Source: a virus (lineage: Duplodnaviria; Heunggongvirae; Uroviricota; Caudoviricetes). Taken from it: a stretch of 41,497 bases of DNA. Numbering within the stretch: position 1 is the first letter of the stretch; each line of letters begins with the position of its first letter. The DNA lies in IMG/VR virus record IMGVR_UViG_3300044675_001501, positions 128,001-169,497 of that record. One strand, 5' to 3'. The notes under the pieces were generated by a model. The model saw nothing but the letters and a program-made list of their open reading frames with translations. It ran no database searches and had not been told where the DNA came from. Below, in pieces: positions 8,319 to 17,293 of the stretch. A program made the position numbers and the translations under genes.

Positions 8319-9042
8319 CTTTCTTTGGTTCCTCTTTTGCTGGAATCTTTTCTGGGAAAACATTCCATAATGCTTTTGCTTTCTCTCCGATCTCACCCTC
8401 GAATGGGCAAGGAGTTCCTGCATTCCACATCGCATCCCAAACTCTACGATCTTGACATAGTGTTGCTACGGCAGCAACTTTCATACCCATATCGTAAAGT
8501 GTCTTAGCATTCTTAAGACGTTCGCAATTCATATCTCTTATTGTGCCACCACTAGAAATACCAAAGATTTGTGTTTGTACTGCTGCTGACGACCCAGTAG
8601 TACATAAATCGTTGTTACCACCACTCATCATTGCTGGAGCAATGGCAGTTGGTGGAGGAGAAATAACTTTTTGTTCTATCTTATTGTCGTTTATATTTCT
8701 ATTAGTAACATCACCGCTCATTATGTTTCTGTTGATGTTATCGCTAGTTGAGCTGTTTACATTGTTGTTATTGTTGGTGTTAGTATTAGCACTTGTAGTA
8801 TGCCCATTATTGATGTTTGTGTTTGTGCTGGTGCTGGTGTTTACGTTTGTGTTGAGGTTAGTGCTATTAACCGTTGTGGTGTTGATGTTGTTGTTTGTGT
8901 TAACATTATTGCTATTACTGTTAACTGTGCTGGTACTTGTAGACGTACTGTTCGTGTCTACTAAGGTTTTCGAATCATAAGTGGTTTGGGCTACCGCTTG
9001 TAACGACGCCATGACGAAGAAAATAGGTAATATTTTCTTCAT
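8254..9042 (-). CDS. Secreted Asn/Thr-rich protein with Cys-containing domain and C-terminal membrane anchor (262 aa)
   Basis: Signal peptide, about 90-aa N/T/S low-complexity tract, PPPTAIAP...DLC...NCERL...LCQD...TPCP, terminal hydrophobic helix. Confidence 0.8.
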   Translation of the reverse strand: MKKILPIFFVMASLQAVAQTTYDSKTLVDTNSTSTSTSTVNSNSNNVNTNNNINTTTVNSTNLNTNVNTSTSTNTNINNGHTTSANTNTNNNNNVNSSTSDNINRNIMSGDVTNRNINDNKIEQKVISPPPTAIAPAMMSGGNNDLCTTGSSAAVQTQIFGISSGGTIRDMNCERLKNAKTLYDMGMKVAAVATLCQDRRVWDAMWNAGTPCPFEGEIGEKAKALWNVFPEKIPAKEEPKKDDFYKKTGWGALLGILMFALF

Positions 9043-9134
9043 GATTTCCTTTTTATTTTATTTTTGTTAAGGATCGCATTTTATTGAATTGTGTGTTTAA
9101 GATTGCCATCTTTATCAATTCAACTCGGCTTGAT

Positions 9135-9142
9135 TATTTATA
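9135..9142 (-). promoter_or_regulatory. T4-type late promoter
   Basis: TATAAATA in the intergenic region upstream of the 262-aa gene. Confidence 0.75.
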
Positions 9143-9143
9143 A

Positions 9144-9920
9144 CTATTGACACTCTGCCCAGACTAAATTTGTCCACTTTTTATACAGCCAACTTCCCTT
9201 TGGTGGAACGCAGTTACCTAATTCTGGGTAACGCTCTATTCTGTATTGAATGACAGCATAAAACATCAAAAACAAGACTATGAGGAAGCTAAGCACTAAA
9301 CTATAACATGTAGCTTTATATACTAGACGCTTTTTCTTACGACGAGCAATCCTAGCAGCTTCCATTTGACGACGCATTTGATTAGCGATTGCTCCAGATT
9401 GTTCTTTGCCGACCTTCTTCATCATCTCTTCGACTTCAGTCCATAGCGCACCTAATTCTGGTGGACACTGATAGACCATAATTTCTCTTAACTCTTTACT
9501 CATAGCCTCTAGCTGTTTTTTCATCAAGACTCTCTGTAAGGCACGTTTGCCTATACTGTCTTCACCAGTATAGACTTCGTTCTTACTTCTTTTCTCTTCT
9601 TCTTCGAAGACAGCAAGACACTTGTAATAGTTGTCGAAATATGTTCCTAGATGATTGCCGATCTCTGTGTAGATATCGGTAGTCTCGCCCTTCTTTTTGT
9701 TAAGCTCGATTACACGATTCTTTTCTTGAATGTACTGATTCTTCTCAGCAACAGTTGGTGGTTTGCTTGGTGGGTGTTTTTTACTGAACTGATCCTCGAG
9801 ATCCTGTAAGATCCCCTTTATATCACCAGATGCACCTTTGATTTCTTTATATAACTCACAACCCTTTTTGACAGCTTGGACTGCTCCGTTTGCGAGCGCA
9901 AACAGGGTAAGTGGATCCAT
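9144..9920 (-). CDS. Helical protein with C-terminal TM anchor (258 aa)
   Basis: MDPLTLFALANGAV start, coiled-coil core, RRKKKR followed by one TM helix. Confidence 0.75.
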   Translation of the reverse strand: MDPLTLFALANGAVQAVKKGCELYKEIKGASGDIKGILQDLEDQFSKKHPPSKPPTVAEKNQYIQEKNRVIELNKKKGETTDIYTEIGNHLGTYFDNYYKCLAVFEEEEKRSKNEVYTGEDSIGKRALQRVLMKKQLEAMSKELREIMVYQCPPELGALWTEVEEMMKKVGKEQSGAIANQMRRQMEAARIARRKKKRLVYKATCYSLVLSFLIVLFLMFYAVIQYRIERYPELGNCVPPKGSWLYKKWTNLVWAECQ

Positions 9921-9989
9921 CTACTTCCCATTCTTATTATTTTTGTGAGGATTGGGGCGACCTAATTTGCCATCGGTCGCCCACGAGAC

Positions 9990-11213
9990 TTATTTATACT
10001 TTGGCGGTCTGCCAGATATTGGCTTTCTGACTATTTCTTTTGTGTCAGATGGTGGGGACAGTGTAAACTCATCTTCCTTTGCGGAAAACTCACTGGTTTG
10101 GACTATCTTAGTTTCTGGTAGAGGCTCTTCCTTAATTTCCTCTACTTTCTTTAAGAACTCTTGAGTCTGTTCTGGAACAGGGATACCTTCTACCTCTGCT
10201 CTCTTATAAATCTTCTCATCCCAGTCGTCAAAGATCTTTGGTTGTGGATGTGGTTCTTCTGGCTTTGCTACGATCGGTCCAACTGGATCTACACCAGGAA
10301 CTTTCCATACCCACTTCTTTCTAAGATATGCATGTTTATCAACTTCAGGTTGATCTTCAACAGTAACATGTTCTTGGTGCTTTTCTGGTATTGGTTCATT
10401 TTTATCCAATGCCTTAGCAACTTCTTTTGCGCGACTAAAGAATTCTTTTACTGCCATCTCATCATCTAAAGCATTCTTCTTCTCTCTGTTCCATGCAATT
10501 AACATAAGAACAGCAAGAGGATCAAATACTAGAACGATGAGGATAATAACCCAGCGAACAGCTTTCTCTAAAAGGTCTTGTCCTGGGTTATCACCATAGA
10601 TTAATGCTGCTATGTATTTAATCGGTCCAACTTCTGCTTCGACTTTTCTGACTTCGGCTGCGATTGGCGCACGTTCGTTATTGAGTCTAGCGATTTCTTC
10701 TTGGGCTTTTTGGATTTCTCCAATGAGTTGGTTTCGCTCTTTGGTTTGATTACGTCTAATTTGGACTGATCTTTCGGCTCCTCTATCGTCACTTGTTCGA
10801 CTGAGGGTTTGATCAACTTGCGCATCCAATTGAGCAAGAGCTTTACGAGCTGCATTTACATTCTCCTTTTGAGTTGTTATCTTTTGATCTATGATTTCAA
10901 GTTTAGAAACTACATCACCAGTAGGAATTGCTTGGTCTAAGTGTGCCTTTGACAAGTAACCAAAGATACCCATGCTTGTTAGTAACATAAGAATTACTAA
11001 AGCAGTGGTAAAATAAACTTTTAGGAGAACTGGAATCTCTCTCCAGTTGCGATATAGCCATGAGGCTACTACGAGTTTCGCTGCTTCCAGTGTTCCACCC
11101 ATAATTGCGATTGGGATTGCTGATGCAGCAAAAATTGACATGAGTCCAACAACTGCGTAGAACGCAGCAATAGAAGAAAGTGCTATCGCAATTAAAAATA
11201 ACAAATAACTCAT
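9990..11213 (-). CDS. Multi-TM membrane protein with coiled-coil loop (about 407 aa)
   Basis: Three N-terminal TM helices, TSMGIFGYLS, coiled coil, further TM (IVLVFDPLAV); start MSYLL overlaps the stop of the upstream gene. Confidence 0.8.
   Translation of the reverse strand: MSYLLFLIAIALSSIAAFYAVVGLMSIFAASAIPIAIMGGTLEAAKLVVASWLYRNWREIPVLLKVYFTTALVILMLLTSMGIFGYLSKAHLDQAIPTGDVVSKLEIIDQKITTQKENVNAARKALAQLDAQVDQTLSRTSDDRGAERSVQIRRNQTKERNQLIGEIQKAQEEIARLNNERAPIAAEVRKVEAEVGPIKYIAALIYGDNPGQDLLEKAVRWVIILIVLVFDPLAVLMLIAWNREKKNALDDEMAVKEFFSRAKEVAKALDKNEPIPEKHQEHVTVEDQPEVDKHAYLRKKWVWKVPGVDPVGPIVAKPEEPHPQPKIFDDWDEKIYKRAEVEGIPVPEQTQEFLKKVEEIKEEPLPETKIVQTSEFSAKEDEFTLSPPSDTKEIVRKPISGRPPKYK
9991..9998 (-). 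promoter_or_regulatory. T4-type late promoter
   Basis: TATAAATA overlapping the stop codon of the upstream gene. Confidence 0.7.
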
Positions 11214-11647
11214 TTTAGTCCCTTTACGTGTTTTCTGTGTGTCTTTACCATAATCCATTCATTATACCAATGTTCTTCAGTTAGAACATTATTATCAAAT
11301 TGTAACTTCGCTTCCCAATATGAACATTCACCTTTAGAAGCACACAACTTAACTATCTCTCGTTTGAAGTGTTCTTTACCTTCACGCTGAACATCTTCAT
11401 TCAATTCTTTATTAGAACCGTAATAGGTCTTCCAGTCACTTTCCTTTACGCTTCTTCTTCTACGTGTCTTTCCTTTCAGCGGTGGCTTACTAACCTTGCT
11501 GTAGAAAAACTTCTTACCAATATACTTCTTGTTGGATTTTAAATTTGTAATTATATAAACAAACCCATAGAAATCGTCAGGTGGATCTAATACTGCAGCA
11601 CCATCATATACCCATGGGTTCTCATAAAGTTCATTCGTCGTCGTCAT
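11210..11647 (-). CDS. GIY-YIG endonuclease (stand-alone, EndoII/DenA-like)
   Basis: YGFVYIITN...KYIGKK, YYGS, EAKLQF, WYN; no C-terminal DNA-binding repeats. Confidence 0.85.
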   Translation of the reverse strand: MTTTNELYENPWVYDGAAVLDPPDDFYGFVYIITNLKSNKKYIGKKFFYSKVSKPPLKGKTRRRRSVKESDWKTYYGSNKELNEDVQREGKEHFKREIVKLCASKGECSYWEAKLQFDNNVLTEEHWYNEWIMVKTHRKHVKGLK

Positions 11648-11789
11648 CGTCCAGTTCTTCGTCGTAAATGTCGTGCCCACAAACTGGGCAAAAGACTATA
11701 TCTTCATATTTATAGTCATCGCCCTTCACGACAATTTTACCAGAAGAACCGCAGTTATCGCAGTCGTAGTGTTTAGTAGTGTTTGCCAT
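11631..11789 (-). CDS. Small Zn-ribbon protein with acidic tail (52 aa), absent from the ORF track
   Basis: TAATG overlap with nrdB; MANTTKHYDCDNCGSSGKIVVKGDDYKYEDIVFCPVCGHDIYDEELDDDDDE (CxxC...CxxC). Confidence 0.8.
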   Translation of the reverse strand: MANTTKHYDCDNCGSSGKIVVKGDDYKYEDIVFCPVCGHDIYDEELDDDDDE

Positions 11790-12784
11790 TATGCAGCTTT
11801 ACCCCAAACATCATCCCAGTTACCAGACAATGCGCCTTTAGCATAATCGGTAACACGATTCTCGAAGAAGTTACCATGCGTTGGAGCATTGATCATTTCT
11901 TCAACCCATAGTAACGGATTCTTCTTAATCTTGAAGATTCCCTTAAGACCAAGCGAAATAAGACGACGGTCAGCAATATACCTAATGTACTTTTTAACGT
12001 CTTCAGCTGTAAGATCTGGCATGTCGCCCATACTAAAAGCAAGATCGATAAACTTATCTTCGAGCTCGACCATCTTCTCAGCAATCGTATAAATCTTAGA
12101 TTTAAGATCGTCGTTCCAAAGCTCACGATTCTCCTCTACGTATGTTCTAAACAACTTGATCATGTTCTCAGCATGCATCGTTTCATCAACGATTGACCAA
12201 GTAACGATCTGCCCCATGCCTTTCATTAAACCATGACGTGGGAAGTTCAGCAACATAATGAATGACGAGAATAACTGCATACCCTCAGTAAAAGCAGAGA
12301 ACGCAGCAATATTAGCAGCGACTGATTCAGCTGTACCGTTCTTACTTGAAAGATCCATGAAGTAATCATGTTTCTCTCTCATCTCAGCGTACTCTAAGAA
12401 CTCAGCATAAGTTGACTCTGGCATTCCTAGCGTTTCAATCAAGTGTGAATACGCAGCAATGTGTAGCGCCTCACGTGCTGAAAAGCCAAGAAGCATCATT
12501 CTAACTTCTGGCTGTTTAAAATATGGAAGATAGTTAGTAACATAACCACCAGCAACATCAATATCTCCCTGTGTAAAGAAGCGGAAGATATTAGTTAAGA
12601 AATGTTTTTGCGGTTCAGTTAGTTTATTTTTCCAGTCCTTTACGTCTTCAAGCATTGGGACTTCAGTGTGAAGCCAGTGTGCTTGTTCATGCTTCAACCA
12701 TGCTTCATATGCCCATGGGTAATGAAATGGCTTAAATGAGTTGCGCTCATCTGTTATTTTTAGTTTTTCTTTTCTCGGTGCCAT
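11789..12784 (-). CDS. nrdB: Class I ribonucleotide reductase beta subunit
   Basis: FFTQGD, EALHIAAY, FTEGMQLFSSF, DETMH, NFFENRVTDY. Confidence 0.95.
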   Translation of the reverse strand: MAPRKEKLKITDERNSFKPFHYPWAYEAWLKHEQAHWLHTEVPMLEDVKDWKNKLTEPQKHFLTNIFRFFTQGDIDVAGGYVTNYLPYFKQPEVRMMLLGFSAREALHIAAYSHLIETLGMPESTYAEFLEYAEMREKHDYFMDLSSKNGTAESVAANIAAFSAFTEGMQLFSSFIMLLNFPRHGLMKGMGQIVTWSIVDETMHAENMIKLFRTYVEENRELWNDDLKSKIYTIAEKMVELEDKFIDLAFSMGDMPDLTAEDVKKYIRYIADRRLISLGLKGIFKIKKNPLLWVEEMINAPTHGNFFENRVTDYAKGALSGNWDDVWGKAA

Positions 12785-12792
12785 CTTAGTCC

Positions 12793-13104
12793 TTATTTCA
12801 TCTTTCTCTTAAATGCGTCTACCATATCATGGAATGCAGTAAAGGCATCCTTATGCATATGGAATGTTGCTACTTCTTGATACTCTTTTTCTTCTTCGTC
12901 TGGTGTGTCTAAGATTTTAACTTGAGTAATTCCTATAACTTCATCATCAACAAATGTCATCATAAACTTATATTTCACATCAGAGTATTCAAAGGTGTCT
13001 GGATCACCAGCGCCAGTTTCCTGTCGAATAGGAACCAACTCACTTACTGTTTTTTCTCGCTCCATTAAATTATTGTCAAACGTCACCATTATATTATCCT
13101 CCAT
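12793..13104 (-). CDS. Hypothetical acidic protein (103 aa)
   Basis: ORF in the gene run with TAATG coupling. Confidence 0.65.
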   Translation of the reverse strand: MEDNIMVTFDNNLMEREKTVSELVPIRQETGAGDPDTFEYSDVKYKFMMTFVDDEVIGITQVKILDTPDEEEKEYQEVATFHMHKDAFTAFHDMVDAFKRKMK

Positions 13105-13304
13105 TATACGACTTTTAAAATATTCATAACAGCGAATTCTACTGCTGCTTTCATTTCCATATTTGATGCTTCTTCATAAACTTCATCAGTTCTGATGATA
13201 TCTTGTAATAATTCTTGTAGCTCTTCCTTACTAATCTCTCCATTATCATACATTACTTTATACGAATTAGCAAGTTGTATCTTTTCTTCTGCCCATGTGC
13301 TCAT
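13104..13304 (-). CDS. Hypothetical protein (66 aa)
   Basis: Abuts both neighbours; GEISKEEL short C-terminal-type helix motif. Confidence 0.65.
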   Translation of the reverse strand: MSTWAEEKIQLANSYKVMYDNGEISKEELQELLQDIIRTDEVYEEASNMEMKAAVEFAVMNILKVV

Positions 13305-13706
13305 TTACTTATTCCTTGATTGAAGTGCCTTTGCGATTGCATCAGCTTGTTTAGACATTAGAGTTACCTTAGCAAGACAAAATCCCTTGCTCATCTCTCC
13401 ATCTTTTGCTTTGTTATGCAACCCCAAAGAAGTTTCATTGAATGGACGAATAAGTTGCAAAACATCTTTACTCTTGCGAGTATCTGCGTAAATCCATAAC
13501 CACTCTTTTCTTTCTTCAATTTTTGTAGTTGTTTCTAACGCTGTCTTAGCATTAGTACAATCCATCTTACCAATCAGGTATCTGATATCAGTTACCGCTG
13601 CTGCTTCATTAGCATCCCAAGATGATGGGAGCATATCTTTCACCTTTTCAATAGCAGCGCACCCTGCTAATGATAGACTAATCAGTAGAATCGTTATTAT
13701 CTTCAT
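13305..13706 (-). CDS. Putative lipoprotein (133 aa)
   Basis: MKIITILLISLSLAGC: canonical LAGC lipobox. Confidence 0.8.
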   Translation of the reverse strand: MKIITILLISLSLAGCAAIEKVKDMLPSSWDANEAAAVTDIRYLIGKMDCTNAKTALETTTKIEERKEWLWIYADTRKSKDVLQLIRPFNETSLGLHNKAKDGEMSKGFCLAKVTLMSKQADAIAKALQSRNK

Positions 13707-14205
13707 TCGTTTCCTCTTCTAGATAGAAGGCTACCGTTGCCCTTGCTGTTACTGGTATAATTTCATATTTCTCATTAGATGACAAATATATAAGATCGCC
13801 TTGTTTTAGTTCTTTTGTTATCTTTGTCTCGCCTATATCAATCTCAATCTTAGCTGCACCTAATGCTTGCCAGAAAATAATATCTCTACTTATAGATTTA
13901 TTTCCAGTAGATTTTGAGCTAAAACTTAAAAGAATATCAGCACCGAAAATCTTTGTTCTTAAGAATGAGTTAAGATGTTCAATGTAGTAATTTATATCTC
14001 TTATGTTTTCAGCATGTGTTAACTGATAACTCATTGTGCCAATAGGAAATCCGATATTCTTTTCCTCATTATCTGCGCAATATTGTAGATAGTACACTGG
14101 TAAGTCCCAGCCGAACTCTGCTGGCATAACATCTTCAAGAACCAACCAAGACTTATTAACTAGAGATCTATTAAGGTCTATCTTATCAACTTCATTTAGT
14201 ATCAT
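13678..14205 (-). CDS. Cupin/JmjC-like protein, apparently degenerate
   Basis: DIIFWQALG...ELKQGDLIYL double-stranded beta-helix pattern; expected His ligands not visible; GAGG RBS before ATG at 14205. Confidence 0.5.
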   Translation of the reverse strand: MILNEVDKIDLNRSLVNKSWLVLEDVMPAEFGWDLPVYYLQYCADNEEKNIGFPIGTMSYQLTHAENIRDINYYIEHLNSFLRTKIFGADILLSFSSKSTGNKSISRDIIFWQALGAAKIEIDIGETKITKELKQGDLIYLSSNEKYEIIPVTARATVAFYLEEETNEDNNDSTD

Positions 14206-14845
14206 TATTATCCTCATACATAACAGTGTTTGTGTCGCCCAATGCCCATTTAGGATTTTGTTCAACTACATACTTCTTAGTTGCTACTCTAAAATCAGGG
14301 AATAGCATTTCTTTTGGGTTGCTCGCCGCATCTAAGAATAAGCAGCGATTATTAGGTTGAGCAGCATATTGCCCATTCTCTAATTCAATAAAGTTAAAGC
14401 TCTTATGATCCTCTGGCCATTCAGCATAACTTGTGTCAATAATATTTAAATCTGGCGCTGAATGATCAACAGTAAACATATAATTGCCAGAATAGAACTG
14501 CTTATCTTTCGCATAAAACTTTGCTGTTAGATTTCGAAGAAATGCTTTCTGAATAACAGTGAAATCATAACTAAAGCAGTCCCAAATCTGTAAAGTATCT
14601 AGAGGTAAAAACTTTGTAGGGTCAATATTCTCTGTGCGTGATACATACGCATGGAGAGGTAGTTTGTCATAAAGTGCGCCATAGTTCGGTAAGTAACTTT
14701 CTATTCTAAATGCTTGTCCGCGAATGCTTTTGATTGAAACCCAAATACACGGTTCGTATTCTCCATGACCTTTCTCAAAATCATAGAGAAATTCTTTACG
14801 AATATAACAGTGTACTGGTGGTATGTTAGCTACTAGATGTGCCAT
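14192..14845 (-). CDS. Conserved phage hypothetical protein (217 aa)
   Basis: ANIPPVHCYIRKEFLYD, QIWDCFSY, EDHKS, AAQPNNR pattern common in aquatic phages. Confidence 0.75.
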   Translation of the reverse strand: MAHLVANIPPVHCYIRKEFLYDFEKGHGEYEPCIWVSIKSIRGQAFRIESYLPNYGALYDKLPLHAYVSRTENIDPTKFLPLDTLQIWDCFSYDFTVIQKAFLRNLTAKFYAKDKQFYSGNYMFTVDHSAPDLNIIDTSYAEWPEDHKSFNFIELENGQYAAQPNNRCLFLDAASNPKEMLFPDFRVATKKYVVEQNPKWALGDTNTVMYEDNNDTK

Positions 14846-15476
14846 TCTCAATTAACCTATCTACGAATTTTAATAAGAGTTCATTGTGTCTTCCATTATG
14901 CCAGTGCTTTGGCATCCAACTGTGATAGTCATACCAATATCTTTGACTCTCAGGATGACAACCAATCAACCCAATATTCCCTTGTATAATCGCCATAGGA
15001 TCACCGTTGCTATAACTAGCCACAACGTCCACATTACCCCCAACCATACAAGCACCGTCATAGAAATACATCCTTTCTAATTGCCCTTCCCAACTGACCA
15101 ATTGTCCTTTGGCATGAGGACGTCTTGTGTCTGAGTTTGGTCTTGTGATATATTGTTCGACTCTGGTTTCGTCGAGAATATCGAAGCAAGACTTATCAGC
15201 CCAATAAGCACCCATGCAAATACCGAGGTACGGCTTCCCGTTTTTGACAAGAGTCCTAATGCTACGCACGTGCCTAGCAAGAAGTTTATCAAATCTATCG
15301 GCATCACCTACTCCTCCTGGGAAACAAATTAAATCAACGTCATCAAAGAAATCATCTTCAATCTCATGTTTTGAAAATAATTTAAATTTATACTTTGAAG
15401 ATAATGCTTTGATGACCCCATTCGCACACTGTATAGAACAGTTCGGATGTTGCACAAACAAAGCGATTGTCTTCAT
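14826..15476 (-). CDS. Class I glutamine amidotransferase-like (BPL N-terminal type) protein
   Basis: FPGG, YLGICMGAY (nucleophile Cys) and HPE triad residues. Confidence 0.8.
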   Translation of the reverse strand: MKTIALFVQHPNCSIQCANGVIKALSSKYKFKLFSKHEIEDDFFDDVDLICFPGGVGDADRFDKLLARHVRSIRTLVKNGKPYLGICMGAYWADKSCFDILDETRVEQYITRPNSDTRRPHAKGQLVSWEGQLERMYFYDGACMVGGNVDVVASYSNGDPMAIIQGNIGLIGCHPESQRYWYDYHSWMPKHWHNGRHNELLLKFVDRLIENGTSSS

Positions 15477-17273
15477 TTATCCCTCACATGCTAAACACTC
15501 AGCTCCTTCTGCCAATGCCTTTAAGTCGATCTCTTGGATAACTTCACGTTCAATTTTCCTAGCGACTTTATCTGCTTTGCCAATCTTCTCAGAACGGCAG
15601 TAGTACAATGTCTTTAGACCTTGCTTCCATGCTTGAAAGTGTACTGCGTGGAGATATTTGATATTTGAATCTGGTCTAAAGAATAGGTTGACTGATTGGG
15701 CTTGGTCGATATACTCTTGCCTGTCAGCTGCATGCTCAATGATCCATCTTTGGTCAATTTCCATTGATGTTTTAAAGGTATCTTTCTCAAGTTCTGTAAG
15801 GAACTCAAGATGTTGAACACTTCCATCGTTGGCGATAATACTTGACCAGACTTCGTTATAATCCAGCTTACTGTCTGCATCACACTTCTCCTTAATAATT
15901 TTATCCAGATAACGATTCTTGTTTAAGTGAGAACCCGATAGAGTGTCTTGGCGATAAGCATTAGCCCTATAAGGTTCAATACTAGGAGAGGTATTGCCCA
16001 TAATAATGGAAGAACTAGCATTGGGAGCAATTGCCATAAGATGGCTGAAACGATTGCCAGTACCCTTAGCATCTGGCGCTTCACCTCTTTCAGATCCAAG
16101 TTCGATATTAGCATCATCGAGTTTATACCTTATGTGCGAAAAGATTTGATTGTTTGAAACTTTAGCCATGACACCCTCGAAAGGTAAACCTCTCTTCTGA
16201 AGGTAAGCATGAAATCCTAAGGCACCAACGCCAATACTACGCTCAAGAGTAGCAGAGTGAACAGCCCTGGAAATGGCACTAGGTGCGTTATCAATAAAAT
16301 ACTGTAGCACGTTATCGAGCATTTCAGCAATATCGCGAAGGAATAGGGGATCTTTTCTCCAATCATCAAAGTACTCCAAATTAACTGACGATAAACAACA
16401 TACTGCTGTTCTCTCTTCATTCGTTGGTAGAATAATTTCGGAACAGAGATTAGATTGATTGATACGTAGACCTTTATCCTTCAACCATTGAGGCATCTTT
16501 CTATTAGATTGATCAATAAAATGAAGATATGGTTCTCCTGTTTGCATACGCAACTCTAAAATTTTCTGCCACAATTCGCGAGCAGAAACAACATCACGGT
16601 TCTCACCACTGTGTGGATCAATTAGTTGCCATGAGTCATCAGCATGCGGGTCAAGCATGCAGCGTTCAACGATTTCCATAAATGCGTCAGGGATATTAAT
16701 ACCATGGTGAAGGTTCAGAGCACGCATGTTCTGATCTCCAGTTGGTTTACGCATTTCTAAGAAAGGAATAATATCTGGATGGCTAATGTCGAGATAAGCA
16801 GCGTAGCTACCACGACGAGTCCTGCCTTGACGATAAGCCAAAGAAGACGCATCGTAAATCTTGAGGTGAGGCATAACTCCAGTGCTCTTGTCATCAGCCG
16901 AACGGATACCAAAGCCAATGCCAACACCGCCACCAAGCATAGAAAGCCAATTAGTTTCACTAAGATTATCAACTAAACCCTCCGCTGTATCTTCAATATA
17001 ATTTAAAAAGCAAGATATTGGAAGACCACGCTTACTACGACCGAATGATAAAATGGGTGTAGAATATGATAACCAATGTTTGCTGCTGTAGTCGTAAAGT
17101 CTTTGCGCATGTTCTGGATTGCTGCCGAACTTAGCACTAACATATGCGAATCTTTCTTGAGGGGAGGTTTCATCCTCTCTCATATAACTTTCTCTTAATC
17201 TAATCTTTCCTAGTTCGTCAAACAGTTCATCACGTGAATAGTCTACCTTGATGCCGTGAACAACACTCTCCAT
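15477..17273 (-). CDS. nrdA: Class I ribonucleotide reductase alpha subunit (short, no ATP cone)
   Basis: STPIL, ISCF, QGRTRRGS, SNLCSEI, VCCLSS, APNASSS, KTLYYCRS, C-terminal CLACEG. Confidence 0.95.
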   Translation of the reverse strand: MESVVHGIKVDYSRDELFDELGKIRLRESYMREDETSPQERFAYVSAKFGSNPEHAQRLYDYSSKHWLSYSTPILSFGRSKRGLPISCFLNYIEDTAEGLVDNLSETNWLSMLGGGVGIGFGIRSADDKSTGVMPHLKIYDASSLAYRQGRTRRGSYAAYLDISHPDIIPFLEMRKPTGDQNMRALNLHHGINIPDAFMEIVERCMLDPHADDSWQLIDPHSGENRDVVSARELWQKILELRMQTGEPYLHFIDQSNRKMPQWLKDKGLRINQSNLCSEIILPTNEERTAVCCLSSVNLEYFDDWRKDPLFLRDIAEMLDNVLQYFIDNAPSAISRAVHSATLERSIGVGALGFHAYLQKRGLPFEGVMAKVSNNQIFSHIRYKLDDANIELGSERGEAPDAKGTGNRFSHLMAIAPNASSSIIMGNTSPSIEPYRANAYRQDTLSGSHLNKNRYLDKIIKEKCDADSKLDYNEVWSSIIANDGSVQHLEFLTELEKDTFKTSMEIDQRWIIEHAADRQEYIDQAQSVNLFFRPDSNIKYLHAVHFQAWKQGLKTLYYCRSEKIGKADKVARKIEREVIQEIDLKALAEGAECLACEG

Positions 17274-17293
17274 ATATTTCTCCAATATTCTTT

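Noticed and set aside
5462-8435. Longest-ORF starts given in the track (5542, 8435, and similarly 11258, 11680, 32572)
   Set aside because: They overlap upstream genes or promoters; downstream starts have RBSs, coupling or signal peptides.
8690-8960. GTT/TTG-rich repetitive DNA as a possible CRISPR array or satellite
   Set aside because: No fixed repeat-spacer structure; it is the Asn/Thr codon tract of the 262-aa protein.
9955-9982. GGCAAA-containing hairpin as a c-di-GMP-I riboswitch
   Set aside because: The second stem and the other conserved GEMM elements are missing; kept only as an unassigned motif.
11210-11647. GIY-YIG gene as a mobile homing endonuclease or intron ORF
   Set aside because: Single catalytic domain without NUMOD/HTH extension, and the flanking genes are intact; fits an EndoII-like resident nuclease.
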